Of a stretch of DNA of 64,000 nucleotides, positions 50,751 to 62,177 are shown in pieces. Each line of letters begins with the position of its first letter. Position 1 is the stretch's first letter. Source of the DNA: Prorocentrum cordatum (lineage: Eukaryota); assembly GCA_963575745.1 (NCBI GenBank), contig CAUYUJ010000138.1, positions 1 to 64,000 on the forward strand. Direction: 5' to 3'. The position numbers and the translations under genes are program-made. The notes below the pieces were generated by a model that did not search any database, had not been told where the DNA came from, and was given only the letters and a program-made list of their open reading frames with translations.

Positions 50751-51168
50751 TTTTTGCCGCCCGATGATCCAAGAGGCTCGTCGATGGTCCTCGCCGAGAG
50801 AACGCGCACACGTCCGAGCGATGCCGAGCTTGGTCTCCCCGAGCCGGCAGGGCCCCACGAGGCCCTGCCGGCGGCGCCTTCCCCCGAGGCGCCGCCTCCC
50901 TCCCCGAGGGCCCCCCCCCCCATGCGGGCAGGCAGGTCGACGCGGAGAGAGGGGGCGCGGAGGGCGCGAGCTGCGCTCGGCAGCGCCGAGGCTCTCCTGC
51001 GGCTGCTCTCGCCCTCCCCTCGGAGTGCGGACCGCCAGCTCGGATCGGGGGCACGCTCTGGGGCGGAGGAGGAGGAGGAGGAGGAGGAGGAGGAGGAGGG
51101 GGAGGAGCAGGAGGAGGAGGAGGGGGAGAGGGAGGAGGAGGAGGAACCTTTGGCTCTGGCCCGAACGG

Positions 51169-51391
51169 GTTAAGCCAAAACGGCTTGAACCCAAATGAGC
51201 GACGATGAAAAACGGGTCTTACGCGAGATGGAATCGCGACCTTACGCGCCGGCTTAAGCGGGCCGCCAGCGCGGCACGCTACGCTGGAAGCGAGGCCGCT
51301 TACGCGGGATACGCGAGCAGCTTACACGCCAATGTCGGTGAAGACCTTTTTTTGTTGCGTCGCTCAAATGGCTTGATCCAAAATGGCTACG
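51169..51391 (-). other. Three tandem spliced-leader relics, the middle one split by a MITE
   Basis: 51372-51391 is a 19/20 SL match. The second relic is 51184-51195 plus 51369-51371, and the third is 51169-51183. Confidence 0.75.
51196..51366. mobile_element. 171-bp MITE with AA target-site duplication
   Basis: TGAGCGACG..AAAA..GGTCTT is inverted at both ends, with AA on both flanks. Confidence 0.7.
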
Positions 51392-51517
51392 TGGGCTCCT
51401 GCTTCTCCTCGCCCTCGCCGTCAAAGAAGAGGCGGCGGAGGATGATCGAGAAAGGAGTCGGAGGAGGGCGGATGAGCAGGAGGATGACACACTGCTACCG
51501 GAGGAAAGGAGGCTGGC

Positions 51518-53195
51518 CTCGTCCACGACCGTCAGGGCGCTGGTAGCCTCGTCCATCACGATCATCTTGGGCCTCGTGGGGCCCCCGTGGAAACCCCACC
51601 GTTGTCCGAGACTGAGCGGGGCAACGCCACTGATGAGCCATTCGGAGACTGACTGAGCCAGCCGTGTCTCAGGAGCTGCGCCGCGCCCGCCGCCGTACAG
51701 GTCTGTCCTGTCAGCTTGCGCCTGCATTGTGAAACCGCCCGTCCCTGCATGTATGCATATATACGTATACATTCGACTGTACGCATGGGCCCGAAAGCTT
51801 TCGCGAGCGATTACGCCCCATGACGAGACTGACTCAGAACCCTGCCCACGAAGAACTAACTAGCACTCAAAAAACCAATGAACTCCCTCGTCAGGCAAAA
51901 AACGGCACAAACGTACATTGTTGGTGGTACGCCCGCATTTCTTGGGTCGGCGCTAGTCTCTCCCCCTTCCCTTCCCCACACCACCTGGCGACGCCTCTGG
52001 CGCTGTCCCTAGCGAGATGGGTCTAGCGCCGACACAGAAGATCGCGCGGACCTCCGAAATGTAATGCTCATGTCGTTGCTTGGTCTTCTACTCCTCCCTT
52101 CTTCCTGCTCGACCTCTGGTCCGTCGCTAATCCCAGCCCCCATCCTCGTCCTCAAGCCCTCCCTCCACCATCCGTCGGGGCAGACGAAAGGGTGGATAGC
52201 AAGGGGAGTGAGCGAATCAGCTCACGCAGCTGGTTTCTTTGGTGCCTACCGACGCTGGAGGCACCAATGAATTGAGGGAAGCGCCTGGCGGAGGGGACGA
52301 AACCAGCTGCATCCTGCAAATTTGGCACCCCCCCTTTCCGAATCCCACCCTTGCGTCCGCCCCAAACCGTCTCCATCAACTCTCTCCTCATCCTCTGGTC
52401 CGTCAGTCCTCCTCGCCACCACGCCGCCCTCTCTCACGCTGCATAGCCTGAGCTTCGCCTCTTCCTCCTGCTCCTCCTCCAACTCCTCCACCTTCTCGTC
52501 CACCACCTGTTCCTCAACCCACCTTATCCACCTTCTCGTCCTCGCACCCCCGTCGCGACCATCGCCAGCCTCGTGAACAGGCAGCGCGCGGCCGCCAGAC
52601 GCTGCTGCTCTCCCAGTGATAGCACTCGGCCCCAGTCACAGACTGCGTTGAGGCCGTCCTCGAGCTGTGTATGAGGAGGAGGAGGAGGAGGAGGAGGAGG
52701 AGGGCGCAGGGGGCGGGTATGAGGCAGCAGGAGGATGTAGGGCGAGGACGGGGAGGTAGGAGGGAAGGGAGGAATCACCTTCCTCCTCCTCCTCCTCCTC
52801 CTCTTCTTCTTCTTCCTCCTCCTCCTCCTCCTCATCATCATCAGCATCATCAGCATCATCAGCATCATCATCACCATCACTTTTTTTTCGACCCTCTGGT
52901 ACACCGCGGTCTCCGCCGCGCCGGCTCCCCCTCTCGGCCTCCATCCGCTGGCTTTCGGGTCAAAGCTCGAACTTCCGGCGGCCGTTCGGGACGACTCGGG
53001 CATTCCCGGCCCGGAAAACATTTGGCAAGGCGCAACTGCTGAACTCAATCACGATGCAGAACAACCTGCTCCAACCCGACGAGAAACCTGATCGCAACCC
53101 GAACCCGACAGAACGAGAGACAGAGAGCAGCACCGAAAACCTGGCCAGAACGCTCACCAGGAGCGGCTCGTGGGGCGACTCTGAGAGGGGAAGGC

Positions 53196-53235
<40 letters not shown>

Positions 53236-56200
53236 AAATAAAGCGGCTTGCAATTGTTGAAGCCACGGGTTGTGCATTCGGCCGCCTGTTGTGAGCGCCA
53301 TGGGCTGCACGCTTGGCGCGCGCCCGGTGGGCGAGAATCCGCCGACCCCCGCTTGCCATGGGGTGAAAAGGCGTGTGAGACAGGTGGCTGTCACCCTCCC
53401 CCCCTTCCCCTCCACGGGGGTCCCAGATCCCGTTCTACACCCTGCGAGATGCTTAAGAAATCATGGGTTAAGGAATTCATAATCTCAGAATTGAAATAAA
53501 AACTCCAAATTTCTACCAAATTTGTGGGATTCACACTGAAACATTAAGAATAAATAATCGAGACTCTGGTCGAAAATTTTAGTTTTCTTAAACATCGCCT
53601 AAGGTGTAGGGAGGGGTGGGGAGACGAGCGTCTCAACGCACCCCGCGGGCTCTGCAGAGCCTCCGGCGAACCTCAAAACGACCCCACGGAGAGCGCCGAG
53701 ACAGTCCAAGAGAGCGTCGAGACGGCCCAGGGCAGCCCCGCGACGGTCCAAGATGGCTTCAAGACAGCCCGCGAAGCCCCCAAGACGACCCACGAATGCT
53801 CAAGGAGGACCACCGTGAGGGTCACAAAACACAAACATCGTCCTATCCCATTGAAAAGAACATGCATGTTCTACATACCCGCCTTTCTGGTCTTGACAGA
53901 GTCCAATACGGCCCAATGGGGCCCACAAGATCCTCCCACGACGGCCCACGAGGCCCTCAAGAGGCCCGAAGACAGCCCAATACAGCCCCAAGAGGGCCCA
54001 CGGTGGCCCCAAGACGGCCCCAGGGGCCCCAAAGACGGCCCACGAGGGCCCCAAGGAAGGCCTAAAAGGGGCAATATGAACTGACATCTCAAGCCGTCCC
54101 CCCCTCATGGCTCCAGTGGCACCCCTGAGATCTCAGAGGAGCCCCCAAGAGGCCCGCAAGAGGCCCCCAACGAGGCTTCGCAGAGGCTCCCCAGAGGCCC
54201 CCAACGCGGCTCCAGAAAGCTAACCAGATGCTCCCAAAAGCCATCTAAGAGCCCCCTGAGAGCTGAACCCTCGCGAGCGTGAACAGTTGCTTGGCCGAGC
54301 GTCCCACCCTCCCCGGGGGGGCGAGCGGGAACAAGAACGCCCGGCCACTCCAGATCCAACACGGCCCCACCGAACGCCATGGACGTCTCTACTTCGCTGG
54401 GGGGCCGACGGAATGGCGTAGGCCACTGGACTCGAACAAAACGGCCTGGTGACTACTGGATGCGCTATAGGCTGCGCACTCTGCGGCCAAACATAAACAA
54501 GAACGTCCTGCAGTTGGCTGCACCACAGGTTGCGCACTCGGAGGCCGAGAGTAAAAAGGCTGCGCGCTCCGAGAGGGGAGGGAAGATGGAAGAAGGAGGC
54601 GGAGGATGACGACGACGAGCGAGGAGGAGGATGCGGAGGAGGACAAGCGGGAGCTGGTGAGGGACCCCTCGTCTCCTCTCTTCCCCCAGCAGCAGAACTG
54701 GTTCCGCCTCTCCCCCCGAAACTGGCCAAGAAGGACAAGCTCTGAGGGCGCCAGGCGTGTCGACAGACCCGCCTGGAGCATCGAGCTGCTGCCGACGGTA
54801 CCAGAACGCCCGCGAGCGCCGACCTGAAGTCATCAAGACAGCATGGCAGCCGCAGGCTGCGCTTAAAGCGTATGGTTGCTGCTGGCCGCCGCCGCCTGGC
54901 GCAGCCGCCATGCGATCTCGATAGCAGCCGCAGGCTCACAAAAACCATAGGGCCGCGCCACGAGCTCGACGTGTAGGCCAGGGGCTGGACGGAGGAGGAG
55001 ATACCCCTTGAGGCCCACGGCATAGCCACGAAGGAGCCCCAACCATGTAAGAGCAACTCCGATGTCCATCCTCGAGCATCCAGAAAACGGAAAGAGGTAT
55101 TGGTCAAGGCGCTTCGAGGACGAGTCATCAGCAGCGGCAGCAAAGCCCACAAGTTTGGCAGCGTCTATGCAAACCCCGAGACTGTAACGTCCCTGCGCCT
55201 GCCTGGGGGCGCCCCCATGACTGACTGCCTGTGAGGGGGGAGGGAGCCCGATGAAGCGAGCTCACGCTCTCTGCCGCTTGGTCGGGGGTTGGGACCCGGG
55301 AGGAAGATGAGGAGGAGGAGCAGGAGGAGGAGAAGAAGGCGGAGAAGGAGGAAGAGGAGGAGAGGGAGGAATAGGAGGAGAAGGAGGAGGTGGACGCTGC
55401 GATGCTCTGTTCATCAACATCGGGGTCACTGAAAACGAGGAGGCTCGGAAGAAGGAGGAGGAGGAGGCCGTCCTTGAACCGCCCCGCAAGATCGCCCAAG
55501 CCGACCTTGCCGAGCAGATCCAGCAGCTCGTCGTCTGACGCGCGGGCCTCGCACTCGGGGTAACAGACCTGGCTCCTGAGACGGCCAGCACTCCTCCTGC
55601 CTCCCTCCTCCTTCACCCTCTGCACCGCCCTCCAGCCTTCCTCCTCAAGCCTCCCTACTCCAGCCTCCCTCCTCCTCCTCCTCCTCCTCCTCCTCCTCCT
55701 CCTCCTCCTCCCCCTCCTCCTATTCCTCCTCCTCCTCCTCCCACCACCTCCTCCTCCACCTCCTCCTCCTCCTCCGTCTCCACCTCCTCCTCCACCTCCT
55801 CCTCCTCCTCCGTCTCCACCTCCTCCTCCACCTCCTTCTCCTCCTCCTCCTCCGTCTCCACCTCCTCATCATCACTCCTTCTCCGCCTGTCCTCCTCCTC
55901 CTCATCCCCCCTCCTCCCCCCCTTTGCACCGCCTCCAGCTTCCCTCCTCCGCCTCCTCCTCCTCCTCCTCCTCGTCCTCCTCCTCCTCCCCCAGCCTCGC
56001 CTTCATCTTCGTCTTCTTCCTCCTCCTCCTTCTCCTCCTCCTCTCCCTGGTCCAACCAACTCCTCAATCCTTCTGCCTCGGCCTTCCTCCCCCCCCCCTT
56101 TGCCTTCTCGTCTCTCGTCCACCTCCTCCCCACTCTTCCCGCATCTTCCTCTCCCTCGCCTCCTCCTCCTCATCCTCCTTCGCCTCGTCCTCCTTCTCCA

Positions 56201-56269
56201 TGCCCTGTTTAGGGGGGGATCGAGGAGGACGACGACCCCGACGACTACGCCGGAGGCGGAGACATGTCT

Positions 56270-56345
<76 letters not shown>

Positions 56346-56553
56346 TCTGGCGGGCTCCGCGCGCTCAGCGCGCCGCAAGGCGCGCCTGGCGCGCTGCCGC
56401 GCGGCGTCGACGGCGCCGCCGTCGTCGCCGCCGCCGCCTTGGGGGCGGTGCGTTGCGGAGGCGCCCGCGCGGCGATGGGCTCCTCAGGCTGCCGAGCCCC
56501 ATGTAGGGGCGCTGCGGCAGGAAGGCGATGGTGCTGCGGTCTGGCATGCCCAC
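51518..56553 (-). CDS. ABCD-type ABC transporter nucleotide-binding-domain exons (partial gene)
   Basis: Exons 56553-56483 (FLPQRPYMGLGSL), 55575-55473 (RSQVCYP...KVGLGDLAGRFK), 52658-52570 (DWGRVLSLGEQQRLAAAR, the signature) and 51572-51518 (MIVMDEATSAL, Walker B) splice in frame with GA/GC donors. Confidence 0.85.
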
Positions 56554-56659
56554 CTGCGCAGAGGGTGGCATAGGAGGGAGGAGAGGAAGGGAGGGAGACA
56601 GGAGGAATGGGTGGGGAGGAGGAGATGGAGGAGGAGAAGGAGGAGGAGGAAGAGGAGGA

Positions 56660-59600
56660 TGGTTGGTTGGGCACTCGGCGGAGACCTGGTCAAGCCAGGG
56701 CGCTTCCAATATCGCACACACAGTCACGTCAGTCTTCCATGCACCTGTAACCGATCACCGATCAGTAAAGGACATCCCGCTCTTTGGCGGTAGGCCTCGT
56801 CGGAGGCGCGACAACACGCTGGCGCCTGCTTCTGTGGGTTTGCGACTTGGTGGACAGCCCTCCGCGAAGAGCTGGGAGTTCTGAGTCATAAATGTCCCAC
56901 GAAGTCGACAGTTCAGGACACCACGATACACAGCAAGGTCGTGAGACGAATGGGCCCGAGGGAAGCCAGGGTGCGCGATTACAGCTTCACGCCCTTCCAA
57001 GGGTCTTATCTGCCGCGCCCCCAAACACCGCCCTGGGAAGAAATCGGAGACCTTGCCTCGAGGCGCCTCGAAATGGCGACGACACAGACAACACTTAAAT
57101 CTGGTGCCAACCATCTTGACAGAATGCCCAGCCGCCTCGAGACGTTGCTTACGAGTGGCGTAGGAGGGCAATGCCATGGGGCGAGGAGGGGGACGCCCGA
57201 CCCTGTCTGCCACGAGGCGCTTGCATGTCAAGCCGACCTCACGATTGACATCAAGAAGACACTGCAAGACCTTACCAGTCATAGCGTCAACCTCCTGAAG
57301 CGCATCCACATGCTCCTGGGGAACTTCTCCTAAGGCGGCGGCCTTCCCAGCGAAAAGGTCAGCACAATAGCTAAGAAACAATTCGGCGCCCGAAATGCCC
57401 CAAACCTCACGAGCAGCCTCCGTAGAATGAGCCTCTGTCCACAAGAGCTCCAAACGACCTTCACGAGCGTCCATGAGGTCCCAGATCTGGATCCACAGGT
57501 CCATCACGGGCGAGTTCTGGGCCATGTAGGACCTATCCTTCCTGAGGCTCCTAACCAGGGGCAAATAGTCTGAGTAAGCCACTACATCACCACCAGTGTG
57601 GGTGAGGTGCATAATCAGGGCATAGAGTTCCGATCGGGGGCTAGACTGAGACTCAGTAAGAAGGGTACCCAAGAGAATGGCATCACACCGAAACTCAGGA
57701 GCATGAACACTAGCCTCATCCAACCTAACCACCGCCCAGCCACACCGTCGAAGCCTCCAATCCAGAGCCCACTTACCCCCAGAGCCGTCCAGTCCGAATC
57801 TGCCTCCACGGACCCTCCGGCCCCCATCGAGGCCCCACGACTGACGAACATCACGGGGTGGCGGCAGAGTTGCGACAGCTGCAGCAAGAGGAGGAAGCCC
57901 ACGATTCCAGAAAGCACTGCGAACGTGCTCAGGGCGATCCGCCATCGCAACAAGATCCTGGGATCGATGGATATGGTCGGAATCGATCTGAGCATCTGCC
58001 GAGCACGACCAACATCGACGGAGGCTTGCTTCGCGAGCAACCCCGCACCGCGGGCACACTCCGTCTGTGAGGTACCCAGCGCCCTGAAGTCGAACCTCGG
58101 GCCAACAACCCCTGAGACAATGCACACCAGCAAGGCAGCGTCAGAATACTTGCCATCTTTCAGGAAAGCGGAGTGTATCCTCCGGAACACGGTAAAATCA
58201 GCTCCTCCATCCAAGCATTCCCCACAAAAGTGCTGAGTTTTCTTGCTAGAGTGCGTTCGAGAAACTGTCTGCCGCACGGCAGCTGTGAGGTGGAACAGGA
58301 AGTCCCTATCTTCCAAATTGAGAATGCCCACCGGCGAGCCCCAAGCCGCAGGCGAAGTGGGAATCCATTCGAGGTCCAGGAGGGCGCAGATGGTCGCCGC
58401 AAGCGGCCCAGAAAATGTATGAGCGAATAGGGACCATGGGTATGCGTGTGTGCGCTCGCTCAAGCACGCCATGCAAGTACGCCTTGACCCATGGAACCGA
58501 TTGAGAGCAACCCGCCAAAATCGATCGGCCCGTTGGGATGATGTCCGAGACAGCCCCTTCCACCTCGAGGATCCTAGGACATGTATGCACTAAATGCCGA
58601 CATGCAACAGATGCGCTGGGTAGTCTACCTGAAGAGCCAGCTGGACCAACAACGCTGGAACCACCGAGTCAAAGAATTTCTCCATGTCCCAATGAAGGGA
58701 GGCAGACTCGAAACTGAGCGCACCCGCGACCTCGTGACACAGCCCACGAAGAAGCGCCGCCTGCAGCGCCGAGGACTTCCGTGCAGCACTATCCCAGAAA
58801 TCCGTGCGCGCACCAGTCCTTTCATGAATATGATCACCACGCATGCGCACGTACATCCGGTTGAGAGTTGAACACTTCGAAACAGCACGTTCGTCCTGCA
58901 CCGACGTCGGGAGAAGGGCCATGATATTCAGATAGCACTGCTGTGGAAAGGCGAGGGCATTCTCACAGGCCGTGAACAGCGCAGCCAGACAATGCACAGC
59001 CTGGCCTGGGAGCCGCAGGAAATCCCGCGGTGGCCACTGATCTACTCCCACAGCTGTACAACTAGAAAATCAAGTAGCCGCTTGCAAGACGTCCCGGGCT
59101 TCGGAATCAGGGAGCTCTATCAGCGACACCTGGGCCAGGGCACGAAGCTCGTTCAACGTATCATTGAGAACCTGCAGGTGCTTCTGGGACGGAGTCCACC
59201 ACTTAGACCAGAAGGTGTGACAATACTGCATCATGCCCTGAGGGGTTTGGCGGATGCCGTCCGGCGCGAGGAGGTACTCGACCGCAAATTTGGAATCACT
59301 CTTCAACCAATTGTGAACCTTCCTCGCCCCTCCCGGCAACGCCTCCTTGAGCCACTTACGAACGCCAGCCTCATTAGAAACGCGCACCTGTTTGACCGCC
59401 CGCTTACATACCTCAGCGGCCTCATCGACTAGCCGGCGAACTGCATCAAGACCGACGGGAAGATCAGCCAAGGCAATCGCCTAATCTTGCGCCTCAGCGG
59501 GGGCATGCAAAGGCTCGATATGGGAGAAGACCTGACACGCCTGGCCCACGATGAAATTGAACAACTTCCTAGTCTGTGCCGAGGAAGACTTACCACTCAG

Positions 59601-62177
59601 GGCCTTCCAGTACCCGAACAAACGGGAGTAGAGCATGGACCAGAAACACAAGTGCGAAACATTGAAAGCCTGCTTGTTGGGGCCCCGACGCCTGAGGGTC
59701 CCCGAGGACCGCTGGAGAGGACCACCACGCCCCAAAACACGGTCCGAGTGCTCCAAGACAGCACATCCCCGGGAAACAAATACCATCTCCGCCGCCCGAG
59801 ACCACAACGCATAGTCTTCCGAAAGCTCGTCCGAAGCATGGGAGAGGGTGTGGCAAAGCGACGCTTCCTTAACATCAGGCGGAGGCTGCCAATCATAGCC
59901 GTGCGCACGAGCCATGTCCAAGTAATGCAGCCACACATGATCAGGCCCAAAAGCATGAGGCAGCGCCGCCGCCCGTAACCTACGCTGCACCTCCTGCCGG
60001 AGCACTTCTCCAGAAATGGTGACATGCAGACACACATGGGTCTTGAACGGGGAGTGCGCCACCGTGCAGACGGAAACATAGGGAGCCAGGACCTTGGACG
60101 TAGTCAATCATAGTGCGGCCAACGTCACACGTGTATTCAACCCCAGCCGGAGCACGCACGCGAGACTTCGTAAGCTCCAGGAACCCAGACTCAGCAAGCA
60201 TCTCGGGACACATATTGAAATCTCCATGCAAAACCCAGGGAACGCTCAAGGAATTCGTAAACTCAGCAATCTGCCGCAAACGCGTAAGACTTTCACCAGC
60301 CGCCCATATGGAACACACCAGGTAAACAACGCCCATAGCCACCGAAAGCCCATAAAGTTTGAACTCCAGGAAAAACCAGCAAGTCCCCGAGCCCACATTG
60401 ACCACCTCAGCTACACCCGAGAAAAACGTTGACAACAGAGACTCTTCTGACAGAGCGCTGCCACTCCCCCGTGAATCCCACCTCTTGGGGAATCGATGGC
60501 TGCCTGAACAAAGGGGTTCAACCCCATCGCTCTGGAATCCTTCTTGGCCTTGACGACACCTTCGGGGCGAAGGTGATGTTCAGCAATGAACATGGCGTCC
60601 ATGGCTGAGGTACCGGTAGAGAGAAAGCCCTGGTAACATTGCAGAATCGAATCTCCAGGCCCGCACCTTTGTCGCGCCGCCGCTTCGGGAGGGGGCGCGA
60701 CGGAGGCGGGCTAAACAGGATGCAATGGGGCTCCACCCACTGCAGCCTGTTGAGGGACAGCCTGCAGCTGGGAGGCCGCCGCCTGGCAGAAGGCGACGAA
60801 TGTGTGATTGGGCTGCTCACGCACCGCTTTCTTGGCACGCATGGCGGCTCGAGCCACCGCGACCTTCGAGAGCAGTACTCCATACCGTTCCGCGGCCTGC
60901 GGGTCCAAGCCTGTGTCGGCTGCGCGCTTGCGGAGGTCACGCAGCTCAGAAGGCTCGTCACCAGGAAGATCAGGATCCCCAGATTCGCTGGCCGCCTCCA
61001 AGGCCATATCGATATCCACCTCGGCGGCGCGCTGCTGGAGGGCAACCTTGCGCATCTCGACCCACTGTTCCGGAGATAGATGAGAGCGTCCATGGAAACG
61101 TTGAAGATCAGGCTCAGAGAGTTCATGAAGGTGGTCCTGAACCCACTGGAAGTCCACAGTGCCCAAAGCTGTGACTCCAGGAAGGGGCCCAGCAGCACCG
61201 TGGGCGGGCTGATGAGCTGCACCGCCTGGTGGCGGGCCACCTGCGGGGGCGCCTGCCGCAGGGGCCACGCCAGCCACACCGGGTGCCCCTCCGCCCGCCT
61301 GCCGCGCCGCCTCGTCATGAGCGGCCTGCGCAGCACGGGCAGCAGCTGCCGCCTCCTCGCGCTCCTGGGCACGGAGCTGCTCACGGTATTGCACTTCGTT
61401 GAAGCCGTCCTTCTGGGCGTTGGCCTCGCGGAGAGCCTCCGCGGCCTGCACACGCTCCGCAGCCTCCACTGCTGGGGTTCCGCGTGCACACGCTCAGCCT
61501 TGGCCAGCGCCTCACGATGCCGAACGACAGCCTCATGACGCTGCTGAACGTCAGACTGGGCCACCCGCTCCTTCCTGCTCACCTTCTCAACCGCACGGGA
61601 CAGTTCCGTACCGGTGGGCCTGGATATGCTTCTCGATGTCATTGGCAGAAGCAGGCTCGCGAGCTTCAGGCGCAGGTGGTGGGGCCGCACCCTGGAGCTG
61701 TCCAAGGGCTGCCGCCATAGTTGGGTACTTCGCCGCCAACGACTGCAAGTCAGCCGCGAATTGATCAGGCACGCCAGCATCAGCATCACGAGGAACATGG
61801 ACAGCATCGGCAAGGTAGCTGCCGCCGCAGACGCTGCACGTCCAATTGCCGAAGTGGTCGTACTCCCAGTGGCCGCATTTCGAACAGACTGAGTAGGCTC
61901 CGTGGCGTCGCCCACCCTTCTGCCCTGGCCACTGGTTGCCTTTGCCCCCCTTCGCCCACGGCGTATGGGAGCGCCATGCCATGATGGGCACAAGGCTGGG
62001 AGGGTGCTCCTGCAGTGCTGCAGGAGCTCACAAAAACTTCTCTTGGCCTACGTCCAGCGCGCAGCCTAGACGAGGTTGCACAAACAAGCAGGGTATGTCC
62101 GCGGACTAGCGGTCTCCAGTTTTGCCTCGGGGCTTGCAGCCCCCAAAGCATCAGCCTTGAGCCAAAATGGCTACGGA
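56660..62177 (-). mobile_element. Non-LTR retrotransposon (LINE; Zn-finger ORF1-like, APE, RT, RNase H), 5'-complete but degenerate
   Basis: CSKCGHW...WTCSVCG; APE motifs FCNVT, IAEHH, GDFN, IDY; RT motifs WDMEKFFDSV, ILAGC, RSYI; RNase H motifs DGSG, RSELYA, YSDY, EAH. Multiple frameshifts and stops. Confidence 0.92.
62156..62177 (-). other. Intact 22-nt dinoflagellate spliced leader at the LINE 5' end
   Basis: TCCGTAGCCATTTTGGCTCAAG, 22/22. Confidence 0.97.

Noticed and set aside
62156..62177. SL RNA gene
   Set aside because: The leader is followed by LINE 5' sequence rather than an SL RNA intron, so it is a retroposed mature leader.
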